Shown in pieces: positions 40,541 to 50,558 of a stretch of DNA of 64,000 bases. A program made the position numbers and the translations under genes. The DNA is from an uncultured Nitrososphaerota archaeon (GTDB lineage: Archaea; Thermoproteota; Nitrososphaeria; Nitrososphaerales; CADDZS01), in contig CAWCYI010000004.1 in the NCBI GenBank assembly GCA_963799845.1, forward strand, positions 1,408,001-1,472,000, written 5' to 3'. Each line of letters starts with the position of its first letter. Within the stretch, counting starts at the first letter, position 1. A model generated the notes under the pieces. The model made no database searches. It saw only the letters and a list, made by a program, of their open reading frames with translations, and was not told the DNA's origin.

Positions 40541-43152
40541 TTGGTTCTTCAAGTCTTTAGATCTGGACTTTTCAATACTAGGCACGAAAGGGATCAGACA
40601 GAAAAACTCATTGAATCTCTTCATAGAGATTTTGCTGGGACTAACGATGATTGCCGAATAATTATTGATCCGATGTTTTCAATTCCAATTAAGACTGGCG
40701 TGCAGAATTTCCAACTTGACGCGATCGTCCTAAAAGACAATATGATTGCCATCATTGAATTGAAAGATCACGAGGGAATAATAAGGGCGAACTATTCAAA
40801 AGGAGCAATTTGGACCGTTGACACAGGAAAAGGCCCCTATGAAGTGAAATCATCTAATCCTTACGAGCAGGCAGCGCTCAAACGATTGGGGCTTTGTGTA
40901 TTTCTTGATCAACACTTCTTCGGGGATTCCAATCCCAGTAAGAATCTCGATGACTTAGAAAACTACTATTATGAAGTAACCGACAAAGTAAAACTCAAAG
41001 TGAAGTCTTGGGTAGTCGTAAATGAAAACTCGCAAATTATCGGCGATGGCTCACGCCCTCAAGAGCGGCCCTGGTTCAGACATCTGAAAATTCACGAAGT
41101 AGCGCGAGCTAGCACTCGAAAGATCTTCTTCAAAGTTTCTGACCGACCAGCAATTTCAGGATTTTCTAAAAGAATTACGAGCTGTAAGAGTACCTTGGGA
41201 CAGATGGTTCGCGGGTATTCCATTGGAGGATGCCCCAAAAGAACATCCCATGAGGATACCACTTCTTGACAGTTGGATCTCTAGTGGTGATGCCACACAA
41301 GTTACAGAAGCTCTTTCCTATATTAGCAAGCTTTGGTTGCGACAATACGAAAATGAAATACTGTATCTATGGCACATTAGTAATCCCGATATAAGACAAC
41401 GGTGCCTGAGCATATTGATCTCGTGGAACTCAGAAAAATTGCCTACGATTTTGAGCGAGGCACTTTCAGATAATGAACCAACTATCATATCCCTCGCTTT
41501 GACTCACTTGTCTCAAATCGGTTTTCCAGAAGCCTTTCCCGCCTTGCGTAACATGCTTCGCAATAATCAGGGGCAATTTACGCGGCAAGTGTTGAAGGCG
41601 ATAGCCGCTTCTGGCCATCGATCTTCTTGCGAAGCACTAATGGAGTTTGCAATTCAGAAATTTGAGTCAAAGAACTTCGCTATCTCTGCAGAATATGACG
41701 AGGCCGCGATATCTTGGAAGAGCGGCAGGCAAGATTACTTGAAGAATGGCCGCTACGAGGAAGAAAGGGGTGCTCTAAACGATTTGGAGCATCGCAAGCG
41801 AGATTTCCTTTCACTTTTCAGAAGCGTTTGTGAAGCAATGGGAGAAGCTAAGTGCAGCCATGCGGTCCCCTGGCTTCTTGAGTTTGTTTCTTCGCCACGC
41901 AGGATGGGACTAGACCGGGATGCCTTTCCTGATTTCGGTGAATACAGGTTTGATTCTTGTTATAGTGTCTTTCAAATCGCAGCTGAGGCTATGGGCGAAA
42001 TAGGATCACAGGAAGCATTGCCTACACTGCTTCAAAAACTTGAATCAGTGGGCGAGGACTATCAGGAAATAATCATCAATGCACTTGGAGAAATTGGGGA
42101 CCCAGCTGCATCAACTGAGTTAGCAAAGTATCTCGACCACGTCAAAAATCCGCACATGTATGACAGAACGGTTTACGCTTTGGGTCAGACGGGGGCAAAA
42201 GATGCTTTCGACAAATTGGCGGCCAACTATGTCAAGGATCCCTTGAGCGATAGTGGGCGGTGGACGGCCGAAGCCTTGGTTAAGATCGATGTGAAAAAGT
42301 TTGAAAACACTCTTCTAACTGCATTGCAGTCTGAGGCAAACCAGGAATTTAAGGATGCATTTCTTTTTGCGTTGCTACCTATTGCCACCACAGAGTCTGC
42401 GCAAATCCTTTTTCCCTTACTCAAAGATCCTGTCTTATCGAATCGGGCCGCATGGATTCTTAGTAATCTGTCGAATGATTTGGGCGTTTCCAGTAAAGCC
42501 AAGACACTTACGAAATCTCAAGACTCGATCGAGAAAGCAGCAGCCATTTTCATCCTCAACGATTACTATCTCAAACATCTTAGTGAAATCGAACAGTTCG
42601 AGGGATCTGCTGAAGGAGTTGAAGTTAGGCGTGCCGTGACCAGTCTCTACGAAGTCAGCTCGCTTGACAAGTCGACTTCTCAAATATGCAGGAGATCCTG
42701 ATGAAATTGTCCGATCCATCGTATTCGACAGTTATGAGTTCGGAGGCGGAAAATACCTCGGTGATTTTTATCTCGCCTCTGATTCTGAAGAGGCTCAGAA
42801 TTGTAGGGTCGTGATAAACAGTGAGGGTCTGGCAATAGAACTGAGGAATAAAGTGCTATTTGTAAGGATGACGAGTCTACAACACGTTGTTGTAACTGAA
42901 TCATCCTCCGCAGCGAGTGGTGTTTTCATGCTAGTTGATGGAAGGACCACTCACGATCATTACCTCTTGGTTCCAGATGAACATTGGCATCACGACACCT
43001 CGGAAAGTGAAGCAGCTGAGTTGTTTCTAGAGATATCGTCAATCGCTCACGGCCAAGTAGGCACGCCAAAACTAGATGGAGATGAAATGCGGATTGCAAT
43101 CGAGCTGTGGAACGCGGTTCCTGATGAATTCAAGAATAGCGTGAGAGCTTGA
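40541..43152 (+). CDS. NERD nuclease domain + HEAT-repeat protein, ~870 aa (two apparent frameshifts)
   Basis: NERD motifs (HE, LDAIV, IIELK, NPYEQ) and HEAT/PBS repeats (AAEAMGEIG, ALGEIGD, ALGQTG). The frames join at AGCT 41107 and AGCT 42657 (YEVARLTSRLLKYAGDPDEIVR). Confidence 0.8.
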
Positions 43153-43439
43153 ACTTCACTAAAGTGTCTAACCAAAAGTCGACTGACGAGTAAATCTAAA
43201 GAAAATTATGTCTTCTCCCTTTCTCCCCTTTTCTGCCAAAATCGTTTTTTTGCTCGTAGAACCTGCAAGGCCCTCGTCGAGGAAAATCAACTATCAAAAA
43301 TACTGAATACGCAGGAGATGTTGAAAGCTACTCTGGCGATCGGCGAGAGCCAGAACAACAACAGCGAGCCAAAGCTTTTAGGAATGGCAAAGCCCGCTTT
43401 CAGAGGTAAGACATTCGGGTTTATGAAGGAGATATTGCT

Positions 43440-44132
43440 TTGAGTCAAAACGTCGGCAATACAGCAAACCAACCGTTGAGCCGTGTGCCATTTAGGAGAC
43501 GTCGAAGGATCGCGTTTGAATTAGTGACGTATTTCATTCTTGGACTGTTTGCAATAATTAGTCTCTGGACGAACGGAGGTCTGATAACTTATCCCACAGA
43601 TCTCGCTTTGGTAACACTCACTGGTTACACGCTCATTCTCGTTCTACCAATTCAGAAGTTCAAGCTGTCACCTGGAGGCGTGGAAGGAGAAGTCAGAGAA
43701 GATTTTGAAGTACCTCCTATTAGCGAATCTGAACAGGATGATCTCCTACGAAAAGTAGTCTCAAAGCAGACTCTTGACCCTTCAATCGCGGACAAGATAG
43801 TTGAAGGCCTGAAAGAAGAAGAGATTACGATTGACTCAACAAAACTGTTGGGAGAAAAAAGAGGCCTTGTATGGAGATTACCGTTTAGTCAATTTGAGAC
43901 AGTTCAGCAGTTATTGGATTCAATTTGGGCATCCCTTCCCAGAGATGTAGTCAAACCGTACACTTATGGAAAAAGCTGGTTGCTTAAGGATGACAAAGAC
44001 AAAATCCTATACAACATAGGAAGTAGCTCAAGCTTTGCAAAAAGTATAGGGAGACGGCGAATTGATTTAAGAAAGCTTGAGGACATCGATGTGAAGCCCG
44101 GAACACGGCTCTACGTAGTACCCGCTGGTTAA
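43440..44132 (+). CDS. 2-TM protein with a C-terminal putative ubiquitin-like (beta-grasp) domain
   Basis: Two TM helices, then a tail 'DLRKLEDIDVKPGTRLYVV' resembling ubiquitin 'DGRTLSDYNIQKESTLHLV'. The fold assignment is inferred. Confidence 0.65.
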   Translation: MSQNVGNTANQPLSRVPFRRRRRIAFELVTYFILGLFAIISLWTNGGLITYPTDLALVTLTGYTLILVLPIQKFKLSPGGVEGEVREDFEVPPISESEQDDLLRKVVSKQTLDPSIADKIVEGLKEEEITIDSTKLLGEKRGLVWRLPFSQFETVQQLLDSIWASLPRDVVKPYTYGKSWLLKDDKDKILYNIGSSSSFAKSIGRRRIDLRKLEDIDVKPGTRLYVVPAG

Positions 44133-44303
44133 TTCCTGTCGTCCTTTTTGTAGGGCGTGTCAAAATCGCTTTTCCTTCCTTTTCCAACTCACAATAGCAC
44201 CTTCCGAAATGCCGGTGCTCCTTCTGATTTCTTGAGGTATGGGGATTGGTAGCAAAGGCGCCTTGTAAGAAATGTATCGACCTGAGAACTCCAATCAATA
44301 ATC

Positions 44304-44753
44304 TTAGAACGCATTTGCAGGGTTTGGATGGTCTTTCGTTACTTGTTGGGTTATGTCCCAATACTCCACGATCTTGTTCTTGGGGCCGAATCGGAACAAG
44401 TGCACCTGCCTCAATCCGCCTTCATCTGGCCTTGATTTGGAATTAAGGAGCTCGGTGTGGACTGCTACCGTGTTTCCGTCGGCGAGTACGTGCTTGATGG
44501 CAAAGTCCATGTCGTCAAATTGCGGAGTCGTGCTCTGCTGCACAGAAGTGATTGATTCCATCAGGGCATCCATGCCTCCCTTTACAAATGGATTATGCTG
44601 TCTTGCGTCTGGCGCGAAGAACTTCAGCGCCTCGCTCGGCGTTCCCAAAGTTGCAAAGAATTCCTTTACTATCAACTTGTGTTGCGACATCAATCTCGCA
44701 CCTGTCGAGCGTGATGTCTTATTCGCTACAAGTTTCTTTTTCATAATGTCCAA
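44304..44753 (-). CDS. SnoaL/NTF2-like protein
   Basis: Motifs QHNP, IKHVLADGNTVAVH and LFRF...KIVEYWD. Confidence 0.88.
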   Translation of the reverse strand: MDIMKKKLVANKTSRSTGARLMSQHKLIVKEFFATLGTPSEALKFFAPDARQHNPFVKGGMDALMESITSVQQSTTPQFDDMDFAIKHVLADGNTVAVHTELLNSKSRPDEGGLRQVHLFRFGPKNKIVEYWDITQQVTKDHPNPANAF

Positions 44754-45473
44754 TATTTTGTACTTATTATAAAACCTGTTCCGCCCTTTGGGGAGTGACT
44801 TCTATCCAGCGCAGGTGAAGTACGGAACGTCGCCCATCTTACGAAAAAGAGGCATGTTCAAAGGAGCAAGCGGTGGCAGAACCTATCTTGTAGCTCGATC
44901 CCAGCTCGCAGGCGTCTTTCACGAAGTCAAGAAAATACAAGAAGCTGCCCATTCATGCTTCATAGACGGGATGTGGGACCCCCGCACATAATTTACAAGT
45001 TCCAATGCTAATACTCATTAGAGATCCTTCGGCTACGTCCAGATAGCCCGCGAACCATCAAATTGGGGCTTCATACTAATTTGTGGCTTGCTCGGCCAGG
45101 GCATTGGCAGAGAATCTTACACGCCACAACCATTTTCGCTGGAATCCTTTTTTGAAACCCGCAGCACTAGCTAATCCCCAGAGGCCCGCTCCCGATCCGT
45201 TTTGGAAAATGCAACCTTGTCTCACAGAATTCGATTCAAAGTATTACCAGATGGCGATAACAATTCTACACCCGCCCACTTGTCTCAAAGAAGACAAATT
45301 GTGAAACAAGCTTCAACCCCTCGCCCTTCACCCTCCTGTTACTTCCTCAAAATGCGACGGTTCCACCGGTATCATCCTATGACGCGCGCCGACCCGCGCG
45401 CCTGACGAACCCTCCTACCACCACCCCCGCTTCCTTCGTTCATATACTAGTTACCATTGATTCTTATACAGAA

Positions 45474-45689
45474 TTTTTTTCTGCGTTTCTACACACGTGA
45501 GCACTTTTTGGCCGAAGAGCTGACGTTCAAGCTCTGTTCAATGCGTTCAGCTCGTTTCAAGCTCTGTAAGCTCAGAAGAGCTCGTTTCAAGCTGTTACAC
45601 AGAGAGGGGGCCCCTAGGGAAGCTCCACATCCGCGCGTTTGTACTCGGCAGATTGCTCTCTAGCAGCTCGTTTCAATCTGAACGGAGCT
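45474..45689 (+). repeat. AGCT-rich non-coding element, copy 1 (30-bp periodic AGCTCGTTTCAAGCT units)
   Basis: Units end with TTCAA at 45530, 45560 and 45590, with a fourth at 45676. There are 10 AGCT sites between 45518 and 45689. 45474-45589 matches the reverse complement of 59276-59387. Confidence 0.9.
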
Positions 45690-45916
45690 TAGAAAAAACG
45701 CTGGACTCTGACTTTTGCAAAGGGCACGAGATGACCCTTTTTCTGTAGGTAACGGGGGTTTTTGCTTTCAAGCGTATCAAAGGTGAGAAGGATTCGATCT
45801 TCAAAATCGTAAAAACGTTAAGAAAATCATCCTAGAATGCGGATCAGCTTTTCGGAGCTGCGTCCCATTCTATTCTTTTCTTAAAAGAGCAGTATTCCGT
45901 CTCCGAATTGTGAGGC

Positions 45917-47344
45917 TTAACTTCCAAGAACATGCTCGTGGTAATGCTCGACAGGCATGAGTGATCCTACCGCGCGTTGGACGACCTCGTTCATCGCGGG
46001 ATGGATGTGGATTGCTTCCTCGATAATTTCCGCGCTTCGAGTAGGGGCATACATCACGTTGATGATTTCCTGGATTAGCACGGATGCCTGCGGCCCGATG
46101 ATGTGCGCGCCGACAATTTCGTTGTTTGATCCGTTCACGATCACCTTGACGAAATAATCTTTGACGTTCATCGCCTCGCCCTTCGCGGTATTCTCGTACT
46201 CATAATATCCGATCATCACTTTCTCCTTGCCGAATTTCTCTACCGCCTCCTTCTCGAGCATGCCAACGCTCGCGATCTCCGGATAAGTGAAGACCGCGTG
46301 CGGAACCGCGTGGTAGTCGACCTTGACCTTTCGGTTGAGTATCGCATTGTAGTAGACCAGTATCGACTCGTAGTTTGCGACGTGGCGAAACAGGTAGTGC
46401 CCGTCCGCGTCTCCAAACGCCCAGATATTCGGTTGGGAGGTCTGGAAATATTCATCCACCTGAATCCACCCGTCGTTTGTGGTCTTGACACCGCTCTTCT
46501 CGGGATGGAGGATGTCGGTCAGCGGGCCCCTGCCGCACGCGATCATTATCTCCTCAGCATCGACCTGGATTGTAGCCCCGCTGCTTCTATCACGGGCGAC
46601 CAGACGTTTCAGTCCATCTGGAGTCCTTTGCGCTTCGATCACCTCATAGTTCGTGATCATTTCGATGTGCTTCCCGAGTACCTTTTTCGCAAGTTCCGAT
46701 ACCTCGGGTTCTTCCTCCGGGAGGAACCTTGGATTTCTTCCAACAATAGTAACCTTCGCACCCATCGAAGAAAGAAAGTGACCATACTCCGCCGCTATGT
46801 AACCGCCGCCGCAAATCGCGACGCTTTGCGGGAGTCTTGTTAGCTGAAGTACGGTGTCGCTAGTCAAATAGCCTACTTCCTCGAGACCCTTGATGTTGGG
46901 TATGATCGTCTTTGACCCGGTGGTGAGGAAAATCATGCCGGACTTGATCGTCTCGCTGCCGACCTTCATGGTGTACGGGGAAACAAACTCCGCAACGTCG
47001 TGATAGTAATCAATGTTCTCGGACGAAGACAGCCCCTGCCGGATCGATTCGATATCTTTCCCGATGAGAGATCGCATCCGTTCCATTATCTTCAGGAAAT
47101 CAATTTTGGTAATGTCGGCCTCGACGCCTAACTCCCTTGCTTCCTCGATGTGCCTCACGAGCTCGGCCGGGTAGAGCAGGATCTTTGACGGGATGCACCC
47201 ACGGGTAAGGCAGATCCCGCCCGGCTCGTCCTTGTCGATGATCGCAATCTTCATTTTGGGATTGGACTGTATCAGAGGATCAATCAGGTTTGTCGCAGAA
47301 CCGCTTCCAATAACAATCAGGTCATAGTTTTTCAATTCAACCAC
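45917..47344 (-). CDS. Dihydrolipoamide dehydrogenase / pyridine nucleotide-disulfide oxidoreductase
   Basis: Motifs IGSGS, GGICLTRGCIPSK, GGGYIAAE and HIHPAMNE. Confidence 0.92.
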   Translation of the reverse strand: MVELKNYDLIVIGSGSATNLIDPLIQSNPKMKIAIIDKDEPGGICLTRGCIPSKILLYPAELVRHIEEARELGVEADITKIDFLKIMERMRSLIGKDIESIRQGLSSSENIDYYHDVAEFVSPYTMKVGSETIKSGMIFLTTGSKTIIPNIKGLEEVGYLTSDTVLQLTRLPQSVAICGGGYIAAEYGHFLSSMGAKVTIVGRNPRFLPEEEPEVSELAKKVLGKHIEMITNYEVIEAQRTPDGLKRLVARDRSSGATIQVDAEEIMIACGRGPLTDILHPEKSGVKTTNDGWIQVDEYFQTSQPNIWAFGDADGHYLFRHVANYESILVYYNAILNRKVKVDYHAVPHAVFTYPEIASVGMLEKEAVEKFGKEKVMIGYYEYENTAKGEAMNVKDYFVKVIVNGSNNEIVGAHIIGPQASVLIQEIINVMYAPTRSAEIIEEAIHIHPAMNEVVQRAVGSLMPVEHYHEHVLGS

Positions 47345-47404
47345 GAGGAGGGCTGTAGCAATTTATAAGTTGGGATTCTCAGGAATTCAAATCAGGAATA
47401 AGAA

Positions 47405-47884
47405 ATGGACGACTCCCAAGACAATGTCCCCAGATGGACGATTCCGAAACGTACCCGAATTGACAATGAATACCTGCACATTTCTGATTTTAATCTAGTG
47501 AGAAAGAGCAACGACAGAGATTCGGTGCTGTTCGTGAAGGGTGGTCCAAAATTTCCGGTTTCCTTCAAGAGGGGTAAGTGGCTCCTTCCAGCTGCCATAT
47601 TGGATTTCGGAGAAAAACCGAAAGACGTAGCAAAGCGAATTCTGAACGAGCAACTTGGGAACGTCGAGTACCTAGATCCAACGTTCCTTTCGATGCAGTC
47701 CTATCTCGGAGCTCACTGGGATATCGTGTTCATTTTTGAATCGCATCTTGGGGAAGGCAAACCGATCCCAACAGCGAAGGAGCCCTTTGTCGGAGTCATG
47801 TTCTACAATCTAAACTCGCTTCCGAGACACGAGATTGCGGAAGATCATCTGGAAGTGCTGGATGAGCTGAAGAAGGGAATCTAA
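47405..47884 (+). CDS. NUDIX-fold protein
   Basis: Degenerate Nudix box GKWLLPA..LDFGEKPKDVAKRILNEQLG. Confidence 0.75.
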   Translation: MDDSQDNVPRWTIPKRTRIDNEYLHISDFNLVRKSNDRDSVLFVKGGPKFPVSFKRGKWLLPAAILDFGEKPKDVAKRILNEQLGNVEYLDPTFLSMQSYLGAHWDIVFIFESHLGEGKPIPTAKEPFVGVMFYNLNSLPRHEIAEDHLEVLDELKKGI

Positions 47885-47922
47885 TTGCCGCGCATTTCAT
47901 ACATACCCGAAAAATGTTTTCA

Positions 47923-48921
47923 CTAAGCTTGCATACGGGCGTTTCCCTTTTCAAAAAGTTCAGAGAAGAACGAATATCCTTTCTTTTCATAAATCCGACG
48001 TATCAGATCCCTCTCAGTGATCACTCCAACCAACCCTCGGCTGTCGACAACGGCAAATCCTCCAGTCCCGAGCTCCCGCATCAAATACGCAGCATTTCCA
48101 CAATCTTCCTTTGGATCTATCAGCGGCATAGGCGATTGCATGACAGTTTTTACCGGTTGTTTGATGGCGAGGCTCACATCCAGCATGTCGTACGAAATCA
48201 TACTCTCGAGATAACGAAGAATCATCTTGTTCGTAACCATACCTCGAACTGAGATACCACCTACTCCGTTTTTCGGTGACCTAACAACAGGAAGTCTTCT
48301 CACTTTCTCCTCACGCATTGAAGTCATCGCAGAAAGAATTGAATCTCGCTCATCCGCGGTTGCGACTCGATCAGTCATGCAATCCTCGATTCGCACTCCA
48401 AATGGACTGTAGGCTGCCAAGATTGAAACAATGTCTCTCAATGTAACGATTCCCACAAGTTTTCCATTTGATTTTTTCTCTTGGATCGATGGATTAGATC
48501 CCCCTTTTGTAGAAGTTTCGTCGTCTTCGACAATCAAAAGCGAGCCGATATTCTTCTGCCCGATGATTCTTATCGCATCTAGGATAGTGTGGCTTGGTCT
48601 AATGGTAACTGGATTGTCGTTCGCTATTGCTGACATTCGGGTATTCAGTGAAGACATTAAGTTAATGCCCCGTTCTTCACAAGCCGCAAAGGTATCGATC
48701 AAGTCACCCGCGGAAACAATGCCAGACACTATTCCATCGTTCACCACTGGAAGGTGCCTGAATCCTCTGTGTGCCATTATTCTTAGGGCAGTCCGAACCG
48801 TATCCTTCGACTCGACTACACTCGTATATCTTGTGAGCAGATGCCACCAATCTCTGAACGTTAGCGTTTCGACTCGACGCAATGAATCCAAATTGCGGTT
48901 ATCGGAAGTATTTTCCTTCAT
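47923..48921 (-). CDS. CBS-domain protein (4 CBS)
   Basis: Motifs FRHLPVV, GIVTLRDI, VRRLPVV and GVITERDL. Confidence 0.92.
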   Translation of the reverse strand: MKENTSDNRNLDSLRRVETLTFRDWWHLLTRYTSVVESKDTVRTALRIMAHRGFRHLPVVNDGIVSGIVSAGDLIDTFAACEERGINLMSSLNTRMSAIANDNPVTIRPSHTILDAIRIIGQKNIGSLLIVEDDETSTKGGSNPSIQEKKSNGKLVGIVTLRDIVSILAAYSPFGVRIEDCMTDRVATADERDSILSAMTSMREEKVRRLPVVRSPKNGVGGISVRGMVTNKMILRYLESMISYDMLDVSLAIKQPVKTVMQSPMPLIDPKEDCGNAAYLMRELGTGGFAVVDSRGLVGVITERDLIRRIYEKKGYSFFSELFEKGNARMQA

Positions 48922-49006
48922 ATTGTTGTCAAATCTCTACGCGATCATCCGCTAGCATGCTCTTACAAGTTTCTCTCAACACAAATTTACTTCTTTGCGG
49001 ATGAAA

Positions 49007-49531
49007 TCATGCAGGAATTAACCCCGCTCTTGCTAGAAGGTTAGTTCCGACTTGTCTTCCAATCTGTTCGAATCTCTTCTCTTCTCCTTCTTTGAGCCAT
49101 GCATCACCGACCCGTCCATCCTCAAGAAAGACCGTGGCGGACTCACATTGTGCAATGATCTCCAGGCCCAGATGTTTCAACCGTTTCTCAATGAACTTGG
49201 CTGCACTGCCGGAAAACAATCGATCAAGTTTCGTATCGAACGCAAAGCCATATTTTCCTGAAAAATCGACGTTCTCGAGCTTTTTCAACAACTCCTTCAT
49301 CGGCTTTGATGATGTGTGCCATTCGGTTGGACAGCCAAGACAAATCAGATCGTATTCCTTCAATGATTCGACGCTGACTGCTTTTGCGTTAGTGCAGAGA
49401 GTTTCAATATCGACTTCCCGTAGTCCCGATTCGAACCATCTTGCAATCTTTTCTGTGTTACCGAACCTTGTGTCGAAGATAACTATTGCGCGTTTTGGTC
49501 CAGCTTTCCTGACAGGAACCTGGTCTGTCAA
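49007..49531 (-). CDS. Flavodoxin-family protein
   Basis: Motifs DTRFGNTEKIA, LGCPT and AFDT. Confidence 0.9.
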   Translation of the reverse strand: MTDQVPVRKAGPKRAIVIFDTRFGNTEKIARWFESGLREVDIETLCTNAKAVSVESLKEYDLICLGCPTEWHTSSKPMKELLKKLENVDFSGKYGFAFDTKLDRLFSGSAAKFIEKRLKHLGLEIIAQCESATVFLEDGRVGDAWLKEGEEKRFEQIGRQVGTNLLARAGLIPA

Positions 49532-49693
49532 TTCAGTTTGATCTCAGACCATAGGAGACACTGGAATCTTACTTAAATCTGGTATACGATCATCAATTAT
49601 GATACTACCTGGACCAACTGAATCTGAACTTGGTAGTGCGTTTTTCCGTATCGGACATTGAGAGGGAAAATCTCGTTCTGCATCAGATTTAGG

Positions 49694-50479
49694 TCATTGA
49701 GATTCATTGTCTTGGAAGTCAAGATTAGCGATCTTCCTGAACTCTCTTATTGTCTCGGGAGCGAAGCCTGCGAAATGATTGTTGGAAAATACGAAAACCT
49801 CGTTCACCGAATCGAGTACAGAGCTAACTCTCTTCCAACATTCCTCGAGTAACGTTGTTCTATTCAGCTGGATTCTGTCGAATTTCGTGAGCTGTCTGTC
49901 GCCGATGAATCTCAAGTAAAGAAAATCCGCCGTGACCTTGGCGAGAAAGTCTCGTGTGTACTGGTTGGCAGACCACACGAAGCACACGTTGTTCTCCCAC
50001 AGAAGGTCGAACGTTTCGTCCCTGAAAAACGAACTGTTCCTTAGCTCGACCGCTAGCCTGATATCACCCCGGATTCCCTTTTCGTCTTGGACAAATTCTG
50101 CTAGTGCTGCAAAATCATCTCTGAAGTTGAAAGAAGGAGGCATCTGAGCGAGAATGCATTTCAATTTAGGGCGCAGTGGTTGCAAAACGGAGAGAAATCC
50201 TGATAGTTCTGCGTCGGAGGCTCTGAGCCTCCTTTCGTGTGTTATCGTCTGCGGGATCTTGACTGTGAATGAGAAGTTTTCAGGGGTCACATTCATCCAA
50301 CGATTAACCAGCCATGCACTGGGGCTGGAATAGAATGTAGTGTCAATCTCGACAATGTCGAAGACATTAGAATATAACGGCAAGTATTCATTTGGTTTTG
50401 AACCCAGAGGATAGAAGGGACCGATCCAATCCTCGTAACTCCAACCTGTGCAACCAGTTTTGATCTTATTTTCATTCAA
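49694..50479 (-). CDS. DUF72 (YecE-like) protein
   Basis: Motifs GCTGWSY.DW.G.FYP, VEIDTTFY, QMPPSF, YLRF.G and NNHFAG. Confidence 0.92.
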   Translation of the reverse strand: MNENKIKTGCTGWSYEDWIGPFYPLGSKPNEYLPLYSNVFDIVEIDTTFYSSPSAWLVNRWMNVTPENFSFTVKIPQTITHERRLRASDAELSGFLSVLQPLRPKLKCILAQMPPSFNFRDDFAALAEFVQDEKGIRGDIRLAVELRNSSFFRDETFDLLWENNVCFVWSANQYTRDFLAKVTADFLYLRFIGDRQLTKFDRIQLNRTTLLEECWKRVSSVLDSVNEVFVFSNNHFAGFAPETIREFRKIANLDFQDNESQ

Positions 50480-50558
50480 TTTTTCTCGCTATCAAAAGTT
50501 TGGAGATCCGTCAAAGGCGACCGGAATTTTGGGAAAAACTGTAAGAGCCATGTCCTTC

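Noticed and set aside
6104-42660. Mass pseudogenisation or programmed ribosomal frameshifting
   Set aside because: The breaks are single indels at one DNA motif on either strand in unrelated genes. There are no in-frame stops or slippery heptamers, so a modification-linked sequencing artefact is more parsimonious.
45517-45600. 30-bp periodic repeats containing GTTTCAA read as a CRISPR array
   Set aside because: The total period is only 30 bp, leaving no room for unique 30-40-nt spacers. The inter-unit sequences are conserved in the second copy and there are no cas genes.
45457-45663. ORFs across the two repeat copies (also 59232-59447) sharing FKLCSMRS.RF.LCKLR
   Set aside because: The similarity is simply the DNA repeat. 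The flanking frames diverge through indels and there are no shared starts or stops.
44990-45910. Canonical archaeal replication origin
   Set aside because: No recognisable ORB consensus and no cdc6/orc1 gene in the window. It is retained only as a hypothesis in the AGCT-element finding.
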